Assembly: GCA_963710755.1 (NCBI GenBank)
Contig: CAVQBK010000003.1
Span: forward strand, 1,216,001-1,280,000
Source of the DNA: an uncultured bacterium
GTDB lineage: Bacteria; Oederibacteriota; JAAXVQ01; JAUVAV01
Length of the DNA: 64,000 nucleotides
Direction of reading: 5' to 3'
This document shows, piece by piece, positions 1 to 9,036 of this stretch; positions within the stretch are counted from its first letter, which is position 1, and each line of letters starts with the position of its first letter. The notes under the pieces are model-generated. The model searched no databases. It was given only the letters and a program-made list of their open reading frames with translations, and was not told where the DNA came from. A program made the position numbers and the translations under genes.

Positions 1-2
1 AA

Positions 3-170
3 CCATTGCAGGCCAGTCTGGAACCGCAGAAGGTCAGCCAAGGCGCGCAAATCAGACATGACAAGCCGGCCGGCCATGGCCGGGTAAAATCGTGTCTGGT
101 GTTTTCACTGAAACCCAGAAACAGCATGGGCATGCGCCGGCTGCGGATAAATGCTGAGTTAGAGGACTAA
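3..170 (+). CDS. Possible 3' end of an upstream CDS (partial, product unknown)
   Basis: The frame starting at 3 is open to TAA at 168-170, 6 nt before the ddl start. No recognisable motif. Confidence 0.3.
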   Translation, partial: PLQASLEPQKVSQGAQIRHDKPAGHGRVKSCLVFSLKPRNSMGMRRLRINAELED

Positions 171-176
171 ACACCA

Positions 177-1118
177 ATGAAGGACATGAGCGCCATGCTC
201 AAACAACTTAAAAACAAACACCTGGTGGTGGTCATGGGCGGCACAGCTGCGGAGCGGGAAATTTCCCTGCTTACCGGTCAAGCCATACTCAAAGCCCTGC
301 GCAATCTGCACCTCAAGGTTACGGGGCTGGATATCAGGACTCCCCAGGCTCTAATGAAAATAGTGGCGCTCAAACCCAAGGTGGTAATCAATGCGCTCCA
401 CGGCCCGGGCGGGGAAGACGGCCGGCTGCAGGGATTTCTGGAATGGTTCGGGATTCCTTATACCGGCTCAGGCGTGTTGGCTTCGGCCCTGGCCATGGAC
501 AAGCACCGGGCCAAGACTATGATGCAGGCTGCCGGACTGCCTACAGCACCGTGGTTGTTTATGGAAAAAACGCTAGGGGCCTGGCCGAAGTCGTTGACTT
601 GGCCGGTGGTGGTTAAACCCAATAGCCAAGGTTCCGCCATCGGGGTGAGCCTGGTGGGCAAACGCAGCCAGCTCCAAGCAGCGTTGAATCAGGCACTGCG
701 TTTTGGTCAGAGCGTGGTGGTGGAAAAATACATCAAGGGCAAAGAGATCTCTATCGGCGTGGTGCAGGGTCAGGCCCTGCCGGTGATCGAGATTGTGCCT
801 AAAAAAGCTTTTTATGACTATGAGGCAAAATATGTAGCCGGCATGTCGGATCATATCATTCCCGCCCGTTTGTCAGCAGCCAAAACCAAAGAGGTTCAGG
901 CTCTGGCCGAGCGGACGGTCCAAGTGTTTGGTTGCCAAGGCACGCCGCGTATTGATATGATTGTGGCGCCAACAGGTAAAGTCTTTATTTTGGAAATCAA
1001 TACCCTGCCGGGAATGACGGCCACCAGTCTCTTGCCCGAGTCCGCCGCTCAGGCTGGGTACAGCTTTGAGGCGCTGGTACTCCATCTGGTTGTGGATGCG
1101 CTTGGGCAGGCACGATGA
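177..1118 (+). CDS. ddl: D-alanine--D-alanine ligase
   Basis: Motifs GGxxxEREISL, ALHGPGGEDG, GIPYTGSG, VVKP..GSAIG, FYDYEAKY and LEINTLPGMT; dcw context. Confidence 0.97.
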   Translation: MKDMSAMLKQLKNKHLVVVMGGTAAEREISLLTGQAILKALRNLHLKVTGLDIRTPQALMKIVALKPKVVINALHGPGGEDGRLQGFLEWFGIPYTGSGVLASALAMDKHRAKTMMQAAGLPTAPWLFMEKTLGAWPKSLTWPVVVKPNSQGSAIGVSLVGKRSQLQAALNQALRFGQSVVVEKYIKGKEISIGVVQGQALPVIEIVPKKAFYDYEAKYVAGMSDHIIPARLSAAKTKEVQALAERTVQVFGCQGTPRIDMIVAPTGKVFILEINTLPGMTATSLLPESAAQAGYSFEALVLHLVVDALGQAR

Positions 1119-1978
1119 GCAGGGTTTATGGATGGCGCTATGCCCATGACACCCAGGGCCAGGGCAGCGTCAAAAGAAAAAAGAACGTTCGGAAAAACAG
1201 CTATGTCCGCTCTGAGCGCAAGCCCTCCAGCCGACCGCCGGCCGGACAGGTACGCCAGTATTATAAAGCTCAGAAGATGGCGCCGCCCAGCATGGGGGTG
1301 TTGAATAAAAGCGGACGTTACGTGGTGGCCTTAATGCTAGTGCTGATTAGCCTGACGGTGGTGAGTAAGGAGCCGCTTTTAAAGGGCCTGATCTGGAATC
1401 AAGTGGGCAACTGGGGTGCTCAACTCCGGACTGCGATCAAGCCCGATCACAGGAACAAAGCTGTGTCCAAGAGGCCGGCTCCCAACGCTGTGGCTGCACC
1501 GCAACCTGTGGCCGGGTCGTTGTCTGAAACGCCGGCTGTGGCCAGGGAAAGAGCCAAGCCGCTGGCTTTGATTGCGGACCAGGGTTTGTTTCTGCTCGAT
1601 AGCAATGGCCAAATATGGCCTTTGGGCCATGATCAGGCAGTGGACGTATTGCCTGTGGTAACAGGCGTACGCCTTAAGGAAATGCCTGGTGCAATGGGTG
1701 TGGTGCTCACCGGGGAGGTGGACACGGCGGTGGTGAAGACCATTCTGGCCCAACCATTTAGCGATCAATTATCAGAGTTGCATTTTAACAATCACGACCT
1801 GATTTTATACACACGGGACGGCATTAAAATTAAAATGAATCCGGCCCGGCATCTGTACAAGGATTTGGTACGACTACAGGCGGTGTTGGGCGATCTACGG
1901 GCGAAAGCCCGGCAAATTGCATCCATTGATATGCGTTATGACCAACAACTGGTGGTACGGCCGGTTGGCCGGAGGTGA
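1115..1978 (+). CDS. ftsQ: FtsQ/DivIB-like cell division protein (divergent)
   Basis: Lies between ddl and ftsA with 4-nt overlaps. Basic N-terminus, one TM helix, LPVVTG and C-terminal IDMRY motifs; no clear POTRA domain. Confidence 0.75.
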   Translation: MSRVYGWRYAHDTQGQGSVKRKKNVRKNSYVRSERKPSSRPPAGQVRQYYKAQKMAPPSMGVLNKSGRYVVALMLVLISLTVVSKEPLLKGLIWNQVGNWGAQLRTAIKPDHRNKAVSKRPAPNAVAAPQPVAGSLSETPAVARERAKPLALIADQGLFLLDSNGQIWPLGHDQAVDVLPVVTGVRLKEMPGAMGVVLTGEVDTAVVKTILAQPFSDQLSELHFNNHDLILYTRDGIKIKMNPARHLYKDLVRLQAVLGDLRAKARQIASIDMRYDQQLVVRPVGRR

Positions 1979-3228
1979 AGAGCATGACAAAAGACCAGCA
2001 TGATAATTTGATTGTGGGACTGGACTTGGGCACCACCAAAATCTGTGCAGTGATTGCGGAAGTACTGGAGAGCGGTACCATCAATGTCATTGGTATGGGT
2101 CTGCAGCCTTCGCGGGGTCTGCGTAAAGGTGTGGTGGTTAATATAGAAAACACCATCGAGTCCGTTAAAAGTGCAGTGGCCGACGCCGAGCGCATGGCCG
2201 GGGTCAAGGTGGGCTCGGTCTTCACCGGCATTGCCGGGGGGCATATCCGCGGTATTAATTCCCACGGGGTCATTGCGGCCTCACGCAAGGACAAGGAGAT
2301 TACCCGGGAAGACGTGGACCGCGTCATCGATGCGGCCAAAGCCATTGCGCTGCCTCTGGACAGGGAAGTGATTCATGTCATTCCGCAGGAGTTCATCATC
2401 GACAACCAGGATGGCATTAAGGAGCCGATCGGCATGTCAGGGGTACGTTTGGAGGCGGAAGTGCATATTGTGACCGGCGCAGTCACCAGTGTGCAGAACA
2501 TCATCAAAAGTGTGGAACGGGCCGGGTATGCCGTGGAGGATATTGTGCTTCAGCCTCTGGCCAGTTCTGAGGCGGTTCTTACCCAGGATGAAAAGGATTT
2601 GGGCGTGGTGCTGGTGGACATTGGCGGGGGCACCACGGATTTGGCCATTTTTGTGGATGGGTCATTGTGGCATTCTTCAGTGATTACCATCGGGGGCAAT
2701 CAGTTGACCACCGATGTCGCCATCGGCCTGCGTACGCCCAATGATGAGGCCGAAGAGATCAAACGTCAATGGGGCTGCGCCAAACTTACCATGGTGGAGG
2801 AAGGCCAGGAAATTTTAGTGGCCGGTGTCGGCGGCCGGCCACCCAAAACCATGTCCCGGCGGGCTTTGGTGGAGATCATTCAGCCTCGCATGGAGGAGCT
2901 CTTGGAGCTTATTGATTTGGAAATCAAAAAGAACGGCTTTGAAGAAAAAGCCGCGGCCGGTGTGGTGCTGACCGGAGGTTCGTCCCTGCTGGAAGGCACC
3001 CAGGAATTGGCTGAGGAGATTCTGCAGGTGCCGGTGCGGATCGGAGCACCCCGCAACATTACGGGCATGATCGACACGGTCACGTCTCCCAAATTTGCGA
3101 CGGCCGTGGGACTGGTGGCCTACGGTGCCAAGAGCCGGCGCCTGGACGGGCCGCGCTTTACCAATGAACAGAATTTATTCGCTCGCACTTTGGAACGGAT
3201 GAAGGAATGGTTTTCCGATTATTTTTAG
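1975..3228 (+). CDS. ftsA: Cell division protein FtsA (start may be ATG 1984)
   Basis: GLDLGTTKI, DIGGGTTD and VVLTGGSS actin-fold motifs; PIGMSGVRLE. Confidence 0.98.
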   Translation: MKSMTKDQHDNLIVGLDLGTTKICAVIAEVLESGTINVIGMGLQPSRGLRKGVVVNIENTIESVKSAVADAERMAGVKVGSVFTGIAGGHIRGINSHGVIAASRKDKEITREDVDRVIDAAKAIALPLDREVIHVIPQEFIIDNQDGIKEPIGMSGVRLEAEVHIVTGAVTSVQNIIKSVERAGYAVEDIVLQPLASSEAVLTQDEKDLGVVLVDIGGGTTDLAIFVDGSLWHSSVITIGGNQLTTDVAIGLRTPNDEAEEIKRQWGCAKLTMVEEGQEILVAGVGGRPPKTMSRRALVEIIQPRMEELLELIDLEIKKNGFEEKAAAGVVLTGGSSLLEGTQELAEEILQVPVRIGAPRNITGMIDTVTSPKFATAVGLVAYGAKSRRLDGPRFTNEQNLFARTLERMKEWFSDYF

Positions 3229-3260
3229 ACTGATCCAACAGAGCCGGGAAAATGTTATAG

Positions 3261-3363
3261 CTCACGCATACCCTTCGGGCACAAACAGCCACGAAGTCCG
3301 CAAAGGTAAAGGTCTTGTGACCAGGGTTTGTCCTTCTTTGCGCCTTGGCGGACTTTGCGTGAG
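3261..3363. repeat. Imperfect intergenic inverted repeat (REP-like, CGCAAAG/CTTTGCG type)
   Basis: ctcacgca...cacgaagtccgcaaag...ctttgcgccttggcggactttgcgtgag. A related arm occurs at 7208-7222. Confidence 0.55.
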
Positions 3364-3456
3364 TGGATGATCTACCCAAAAAAACGCCGATCTTGCTAAC
3401 GCAGGATCAAAGGCTTGCTGCACCACTGTGGTCAGCGGCCAAAAGGAGGTAACGCC

Positions 3457-4611
3457 ATGCGGTTTGAAATGATGGATGACGATGTCACGGCATTATCAGC
3501 AAAAATAAAAGTGGTCGGCGTGGGCGGCGCCGGTAACAACGCGGTCAATCGCATGATTGATATCGGTATCCGCGGCGTGGAGTATGTGGCTGTTAACACC
3601 GATTATCAGGATCTGCTCAGTTCCAACGCACCCGTGAAAATCCAAATCGGCAAACAGCTCACCAGTGGTCTGGGTGCAGGCGCCCAGCCGGAAGCAGGAC
3701 GCAAAGCTGCCCTGGAAAGCGAGAACGAGATTGCCACGGCTATTGCGGGCGCACACATGGTATTTATCACGGCCGGTCTGGGCGGCGGCACGGGCACAGG
3801 CGCAGCCCCGGTCATTGCCGAGATTGCCAGGAAGCAAGGATCACTGACGGTGGCCGTGGTCACCAGGCCTTTTGTTTTTGAAGGCCGCACCCGCAAGGAA
3901 CAGGCGGATCAGGGCCTGAACGCCTTGAAAGACGTGGTGGACACGGTGATCACGGTGCCCAATGAACGTTTGCTGCAGGTGGTGAATAAACAAACCTCCC
4001 TAGTGGATTCCTTTAAATATGCTGATGACATTTTACGCCAGGCCGTACAGAGCATTGCGGAACTAATCACCGTACCGGGTACTATTAACCTGGATTTTGC
4101 CGATATCCGCACCATCATGGCCGGTATGGGCGCTGCGTTGATGGGCACCGGTGTGGGCACCGGCGAACAGCGAGCTTTAAAAGCAGCCACCGAGGCTATG
4201 AGCAGTCCGCTGCTGGAAGACACGGCCATTGGCGGTGCCAAAGGCCTGCTTATCAATATTACCGGCGGCAAGACGCTGACCCTGCACGAAGTCAGCGAAG
4301 CCTCCACTGCCATTTATGAAGCTGCCGGCAAAAACGCCAATGTCATTTTTGGTACGGTGATTGACGAGAATCTCAATGACGAAGTTAAAGTTACGGTGAT
4401 TGCCACGGGCTTTGAACAAAGCGACTTTAAATCGGAATCATCGGGCCTGCGTTACAAAAAAAACAAGGATATCGATTTGAGCCTCTTTCTGAAAAACAAG
4501 GATTTTCAGAAAAAAGTAAGTGCTGCTGAAGGAGGTTATGGGGAACCCCAATGGGATGAATCCGATTTGGATATCCCGACTTTTCTAAGAAGAAAATTAG
4601 AGGTGAAATAA
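3457..4611 (+). CDS. ftsZ: Cell division protein FtsZ
   Basis: [24 protein letters not shown] and C-terminal [16 protein letters not shown] precedes ATG 3457. Confidence 0.99.
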   Translation: MRFEMMDDDVTALSAKIKVVGVGGAGNNAVNRMIDIGIRGVEYVAVNTDYQDLLSSNAPVKIQIGKQLTSGLGAGAQPEAGRKAALESENEIATAIAGAHMVFITAGLGGGTGTGAAPVIAEIARKQGSLTVAVVTRPFVFEGRTRKEQADQGLNALKDVVDTVITVPNERLLQVVNKQTSLVDSFKYADDILRQAVQSIAELITVPGTINLDFADIRTIMAGMGAALMGTGVGTGEQRALKAATEAMSSPLLEDTAIGGAKGLLINITGGKTLTLHEVSEASTAIYEAAGKNANVIFGTVIDENLNDEVKVTVIATGFEQSDFKSESSGLRYKKNKDIDLSLFLKNKDFQKKVSAAEGGYGEPQWDESDLDIPTFLRRKLEVK

Positions 4612-5829
4612 ATGACCAGAGCCAACGGCAAGGTAATCCTGGCCTTGGCCGCAGGTCTGCTGGGCCTGTGGTCCGGTAGCGGCATGGCCGCCGCTGTTAA
4701 CGCCGCCACTGTAAATCCCGGTCAAGCCGTTCAATTAAATTTGGACGGGCAAGAGGTTAAGGTGACCCTTCCGACCAAGGATTGGCAGGGGAGACGCTGG
4801 GTGGCCCTTAATGATGCGGTGAACCGTTTGGGCGGTTCTACCGTCTGGTACTTGGTTACCAAAAAAGTGGTTATTAAAAGCCGGGAAGGCCGGCAAGCCG
4901 TGATTACAGCAGGCCTGCCCAAAATGGTGGTCGACCGGACTCAAATGGTGCGCCTGCCTGAGGTGCCCCGGCTTCTGGATGGTACCCTGTGGGTTTCCCT
5001 GGAGAGCTTGGACGTCATCTGGGGCAATGTCAGTGAACAACCCCAGCCACTTGAAGCCGATCCCAAAGCCAGCTGCCCAAAACCCTCCGGAGTACAATCT
5101 GCCAAAGCGGCTCCTGCGCAAGCCTCTGTTGCCCCCATGCCTGTCCGTACGCGAAAAAAGCTTCTGGTGGTGGTCGATGCCGGCCATGGGGGCAAGGATC
5201 CCGGGGCCATCGGGCCGACCAAATTAAGGGAAAAAACCGTGACCTTGGAAATTGCCAAACAATTGGCTCGTTTCTTAAAACGCCGGGGGGTCAAGGTGGT
5301 TATGACCAGGTCGAACGACCGCTATATTTCCCTAAAAGAAAGATCAGACTTGGCCAACCGCCTCAAGGCGGATTTGTTTGTCTCTATTCATGCCAATGCT
5401 TCCCGTAACCGCAAGGCTAATGGCAGTCAGGTGTTTATCTATAACCGGGAAGCCTCTTCCCGTCATGCAGCGGAAGCTGCCCAATTGGAAAACCAGGATG
5501 CCAACTACCTGGAAATCATCAAGGACGATTTGCGCCAATCGGTCCATGAACTGGCCAGTGTTAATGCCGCGGGATTTGTTAGTCAGCAAATCGGCAAGCT
5601 GGGCATGGATGTTAAACGGATTGAACGGGCCCCTTTTTACGTATTGGCTAAATCGCATATGCCCTCCATCCTGGTGGAAACGGCTTTTATCAGCAATTAT
5701 AAGGAAGAACGGCAACTGCGCAGCCGCGGCTTTTGCAAGAAACTGGCTCAAGGGATATTTGACGGCGTGACCTCCTATTATCAGGCGGCCGCCGACCATG
5801 GGCGTCAAACCATGGCCAACTTAAAGTGA
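4612..5829 (+). CDS. N-acetylmuramoyl-L-alanine amidase (Amidase_3, AmiC-like)
   Basis: Signal peptide; zinc motifs DAGHGGKDPGA, EK..TL, FVSIHANA and ILVETAF. Confidence 0.93.
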   Translation: MTRANGKVILALAAGLLGLWSGSGMAAAVNAATVNPGQAVQLNLDGQEVKVTLPTKDWQGRRWVALNDAVNRLGGSTVWYLVTKKVVIKSREGRQAVITAGLPKMVVDRTQMVRLPEVPRLLDGTLWVSLESLDVIWGNVSEQPQPLEADPKASCPKPSGVQSAKAAPAQASVAPMPVRTRKKLLVVVDAGHGGKDPGAIGPTKLREKTVTLEIAKQLARFLKRRGVKVVMTRSNDRYISLKERSDLANRLKADLFVSIHANASRNRKANGSQVFIYNREASSRHAAEAAQLENQDANYLEIIKDDLRQSVHELASVNAAGFVSQQIGKLGMDVKRIERAPFYVLAKSHMPSILVETAFISNYKEERQLRSRGFCKKLAQGIFDGVTSYYQAAADHGRQTMANLK

Positions 5830-6046
5830 AAGTCCTTGCAGGAGTGGCAGTTCAGTCTGTGAAAGAGCAGGTTCAACAGAAAGCGGGAAGAACGAAAAGA
5901 AGATCAAATAGGACCGCCTTCCAGCGATAAGGTATTTGGATCTTATAGGAATGGTTCCGAAATCCTTAAGGCGGAATTAATTATGAGCTACCTGAAAAAA
6001 CATAAATACTACAGACACAGCATCTGTCACAAGGAAGGAGCAGGAC

Positions 6047-7126
6047 GTGAAAAGTCATTTTAAAATGATCGGCTTGGTGATGGGGATGAGTATGGTGTTG
6101 TCCGGGTGCATGTCCCAGGAACTTAAATCCGTGGATATCGGTCAGGAGACAGAACCTCATATTATAAAAAAAATACGAGTGGGATTTAATCCTATTGGCG
6201 TGGCCCTGACCCATGACGGGCGCTTTGTCTATACCGCCAACAGCACCAGCAATACGGTCTCCAAAATTGATACCCAAACCTATCAAGTGGTCAGTACAGT
6301 CGAAGTGCAAAAAAATCCGGTGGCTATCGCGCTCAATAACCGGGACGAGCTCGCTTGCATCACCAACCGTGGTTCCAAGTCCCTCTCTATTCTGGATGTG
6401 GCCGGTAATTATCTGGTGGAGACCATTTTGCTTAATCATTCACCGGAGCAGGTGGCGTTGTTGCCTCGGCAACCGCTGGCATTGGTCACCAACGATAATA
6501 CGGATAATGTCACCGTAGTGGATGTGAAACAGGGTAAGGTGCTGACCAATATTCCTGTCCAGGGCAACTCCTTTGGGGTGGCCCTCACGCCTGACGGCCG
6601 TTGGGCATATGTGACCACCAATGATGACAACTACAACATTATGATTATTGATTGTGCCGCGCTGTCCGTGGTGCAGCGCACCAATGCCGGGTCCAACCCC
6701 AGTGCGGTGATCATGGATCCCCAGGGGCAGTATGCCTATGTGGCCAACAAAAGCTCCAATGATGTAACCATGATTTACATTCCCGAACATCATCCCACCT
6801 CCACCATACCCGTAGGACAACTGCCCATTGCTTTGGCCATAGCGCCAAGCGGTAAGTATGTGTATGTGGCTTGCCAGCAGGATTATGCCATTGATATAAT
6901 TGAGACGGCCAGCAATCAAGTGGTCAAGGAATTTAAACTCGATGTAGTGCCCTGGGGCCTGGTTTGCGCGCCAGACGGATCGGTACTGTATATAGCCAAT
7001 TATGACGACCAGAACCTTTATCAAACCACCGGCCTTTCGCCGGAGCAAACTTCTATCGGCACAGGAAATGCAACCCGGCTGAACAACAATAATCTATTAG
7101 TGGTCACTACCGGGAAGTACCATTAG
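6047..7126 (+). CDS. YVTN/YncE-type beta-propeller lipoprotein
   Basis: Lipobox VLSGC and about 7 repeats of the I.VG..P..VA.TPDG..AYV(T/A)N type. Confidence 0.85.
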   Translation: MKSHFKMIGLVMGMSMVLSGCMSQELKSVDIGQETEPHIIKKIRVGFNPIGVALTHDGRFVYTANSTSNTVSKIDTQTYQVVSTVEVQKNPVAIALNNRDELACITNRGSKSLSILDVAGNYLVETILLNHSPEQVALLPRQPLALVTNDNTDNVTVVDVKQGKVLTNIPVQGNSFGVALTPDGRWAYVTTNDDNYNIMIIDCAALSVVQRTNAGSNPSAVIMDPQGQYAYVANKSSNDVTMIYIPEHHPTSTIPVGQLPIALAIAPSGKYVYVACQQDYAIDIIETASNQVVKEFKLDVVPWGLVCAPDGSVLYIANYDDQNLYQTTGLSPEQTSIGTGNATRLNNNNLLVVTTGKYH

Positions 7127-7202
7127 TTTGTATCAGCAAGACCTAGATAGGTTGTGTGGATATCGTTCATTAGGATGGGTCCTAGAATAAGTTGACTCAC
7201 AT

Positions 7203-7302
7203 AAAGCCGCCAAGACGCAAAGGAAAGATGAGAATTTGTGCAGGTTAAAACCTGTAATAATGCTTTGTTTTTTTCTGTGCGTGTTTTGCGGTTTAGTGTG
7301 AA
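7203..7302. repeat. Degenerate REP-like inverted repeat, same family as 3261-3363
   Basis: cgccaagacgcaaag (7208-7222) is the reverse complement of ctttgcgccttggcg (3336-3350) with one mismatch. Confidence 0.45.
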
Positions 7303-7358
7303 AAAGATATTTATTCCGGCTTGGCCGGCAACGTCGGGCAAGCTATGAAAGGATTACA

Positions 7359-8828
7359 ATGAATATTTTGTTTCCTGTCTCCGAGTGCGTCCCTTTTGCC
7401 AAAACCGGCGGTTTAGCGGATGTGGCCGGCGCGCTTCCCAATGCTCTGCGCGCCCTGGGCCATGATGTGACCGTGGTGATGCCCTTGTACCGTCAGGTGA
7501 AAAAAGTAGTGCCGCATCTGGAACCTACGGGCTTGGTGGTGGAGGCCCAGGTGGGCAGGGAAACCATTATGGGCAAGGTTCTTAAAAACACCATGGGGCC
7601 GGAGGGATGCCCGATTTATTTCATTCAACAGGACAACTATTTTGACCGGCCTGAATTGTACCAAACCAGGGAAGGCGATTATCCCGACAATGATAAACGC
7701 TTTATTTTCTTTGATCAGGCGGTTTTGGCTTTGGGAAGAAAACTCTCAGCACACTGGGATATTGTTCATTGTCACGATTGGCATACGGGCCTCATTCCGG
7801 TTTATCTGAAAACACTTTATAGACAAGATCCTGTGTACCGAGACTGCAAGAGTTTGATGACCATTCACAATCTGGCTTATCAAGGTGTCTTTACTAAAAA
7901 TAGTTTTGAGTTGACCCGATTGCCGCCGGCTTTGTTTGCGCCTTCCGGTGTGGAGTTTTGGGGAAATTTGAATTTTTTAAAGGCCGGCTTAATGGCGGCC
8001 GACAAGATCAACACAGTATCCAAGACCTACGCCCAGGAGATCCAACGGGCCGATTATGGCTGTGGCCTGGAGGGGGTGCTCAAATTCCGGCAAAAGGATT
8101 TGTCGGGCATCATCAACGGCATTGACCTTGGGGCCTGGAATCCGGAGACCGATCGTCATTTACCTGTAAAATTTGGGTACAGCCAGTGGGAAAAAAAAGC
8201 CCTGATGAAAGCTGCGCTGCTTGAGGAAATGCATTTGTTTCCCAAGCCGCATGTGCCGGTGCTGGGATTAATTACCCGGCTCGACGATCAGAAGGGACTG
8301 GATATCCTGGCCTCGGTCATGGAAAAGCTTATGAACATGCAGGTGCAGCTGGTGATGCTGGGTACGGGCGCGCAAAAATACCACGACCTGTTTTGGGCGC
8401 TGAAGGGCAAGTATCCGGCGCACATTGCCGTTAATTTGACTTTTGACAATGCCATGGCCCATCGTATCTATGCAGGCAGTGATATGTTCCTCATGCCCAG
8501 TAAGTTCGAGCCCTGCGGCCTGGGTCAAATGATCAGCATGCGCTACGCTACAGTACCGGTTGTGCGCCGTACCGGTGGCCTGGCAGACACAGTAATCAAT
8601 TTTAACGGCCACGAAGGCAACGGCTTTACCTTTGAACCTTACCAAGGGGAAGCCCTGCTGGCTTTGATAAAATTTGCTGTTCAATTTTATCAGGATAAAG
8701 TGGCCTGGCAGCGTCTGATGCGCAATTGCATGGAATGCGATTTTTCCTGGAGTCGATCAGCCGAACAATATGAAACCTTGTACCGGCAGATGTTGGAAGG
8801 ACCAGGTACTGTGGAATTGCCCTTATAA
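7359..8828 (+). CDS. glgA: Glycogen synthase (GT5)
   Basis: KTGGLADV, HCHDWHTG, TIHNLAYQG, QKGLD, PSKFEPCGLGQM and TGGLADTV. Confidence 0.97.
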   Translation: MNILFPVSECVPFAKTGGLADVAGALPNALRALGHDVTVVMPLYRQVKKVVPHLEPTGLVVEAQVGRETIMGKVLKNTMGPEGCPIYFIQQDNYFDRPELYQTREGDYPDNDKRFIFFDQAVLALGRKLSAHWDIVHCHDWHTGLIPVYLKTLYRQDPVYRDCKSLMTIHNLAYQGVFTKNSFELTRLPPALFAPSGVEFWGNLNFLKAGLMAADKINTVSKTYAQEIQRADYGCGLEGVLKFRQKDLSGIINGIDLGAWNPETDRHLPVKFGYSQWEKKALMKAALLEEMHLFPKPHVPVLGLITRLDDQKGLDILASVMEKLMNMQVQLVMLGTGAQKYHDLFWALKGKYPAHIAVNLTFDNAMAHRIYAGSDMFLMPSKFEPCGLGQMISMRYATVPVVRRTGGLADTVINFNGHEGNGFTFEPYQGEALLALIKFAVQFYQDKVAWQRLMRNCMECDFSWSRSAEQYETLYRQMLEGPGTVELPL

Positions 8829-8888
8829 TACCTGTTTTTTTTCGCTAGCCTAGTCTCTTGCTGAAATCAAAAGAAAATCACAAATACA

Positions 8889-8905
8889 TGTTTCATCCCG
8901 AAACA
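8889..8905. promoter_or_regulatory. Palindromic operator candidate TGTTTC-N5-GAAACA upstream of giant gene 1
   Basis: Sequence TGTTTCatcccGAAACA; the same motif lies upstream of giant gene 2 at 31108-31124. Confidence 0.65.
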
Positions 8906-8953
8906 CATTCTGATTTATAAAATAAAATTAGTCTTTTTATATCCAAGTCAAAT

Positions 8954-8982
8954 TTGACCTCACCTCATTTTTATGTTATCCC
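8954..8982 (+). promoter_or_regulatory. sigma70-like promoter candidate for giant gene 1
   Basis: TTGACC-N17-TATCCC with a TG extension in an AT-rich intergenic region; the -10 is weak. Confidence 0.45.
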
Positions 8983-9036
8983 TTTACATAACTAAAAATT
9001 TATTTCCCAAACAACAACATTAATGAGGTGACAAGC

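Noticed and set aside
3415-3456. Upstream extension of ftsZ in the ORF track
   Set aside because: A strong RBS supports ATG 3457. Similar reasoning was used to trim lepB, floA, pgmB and both giants.
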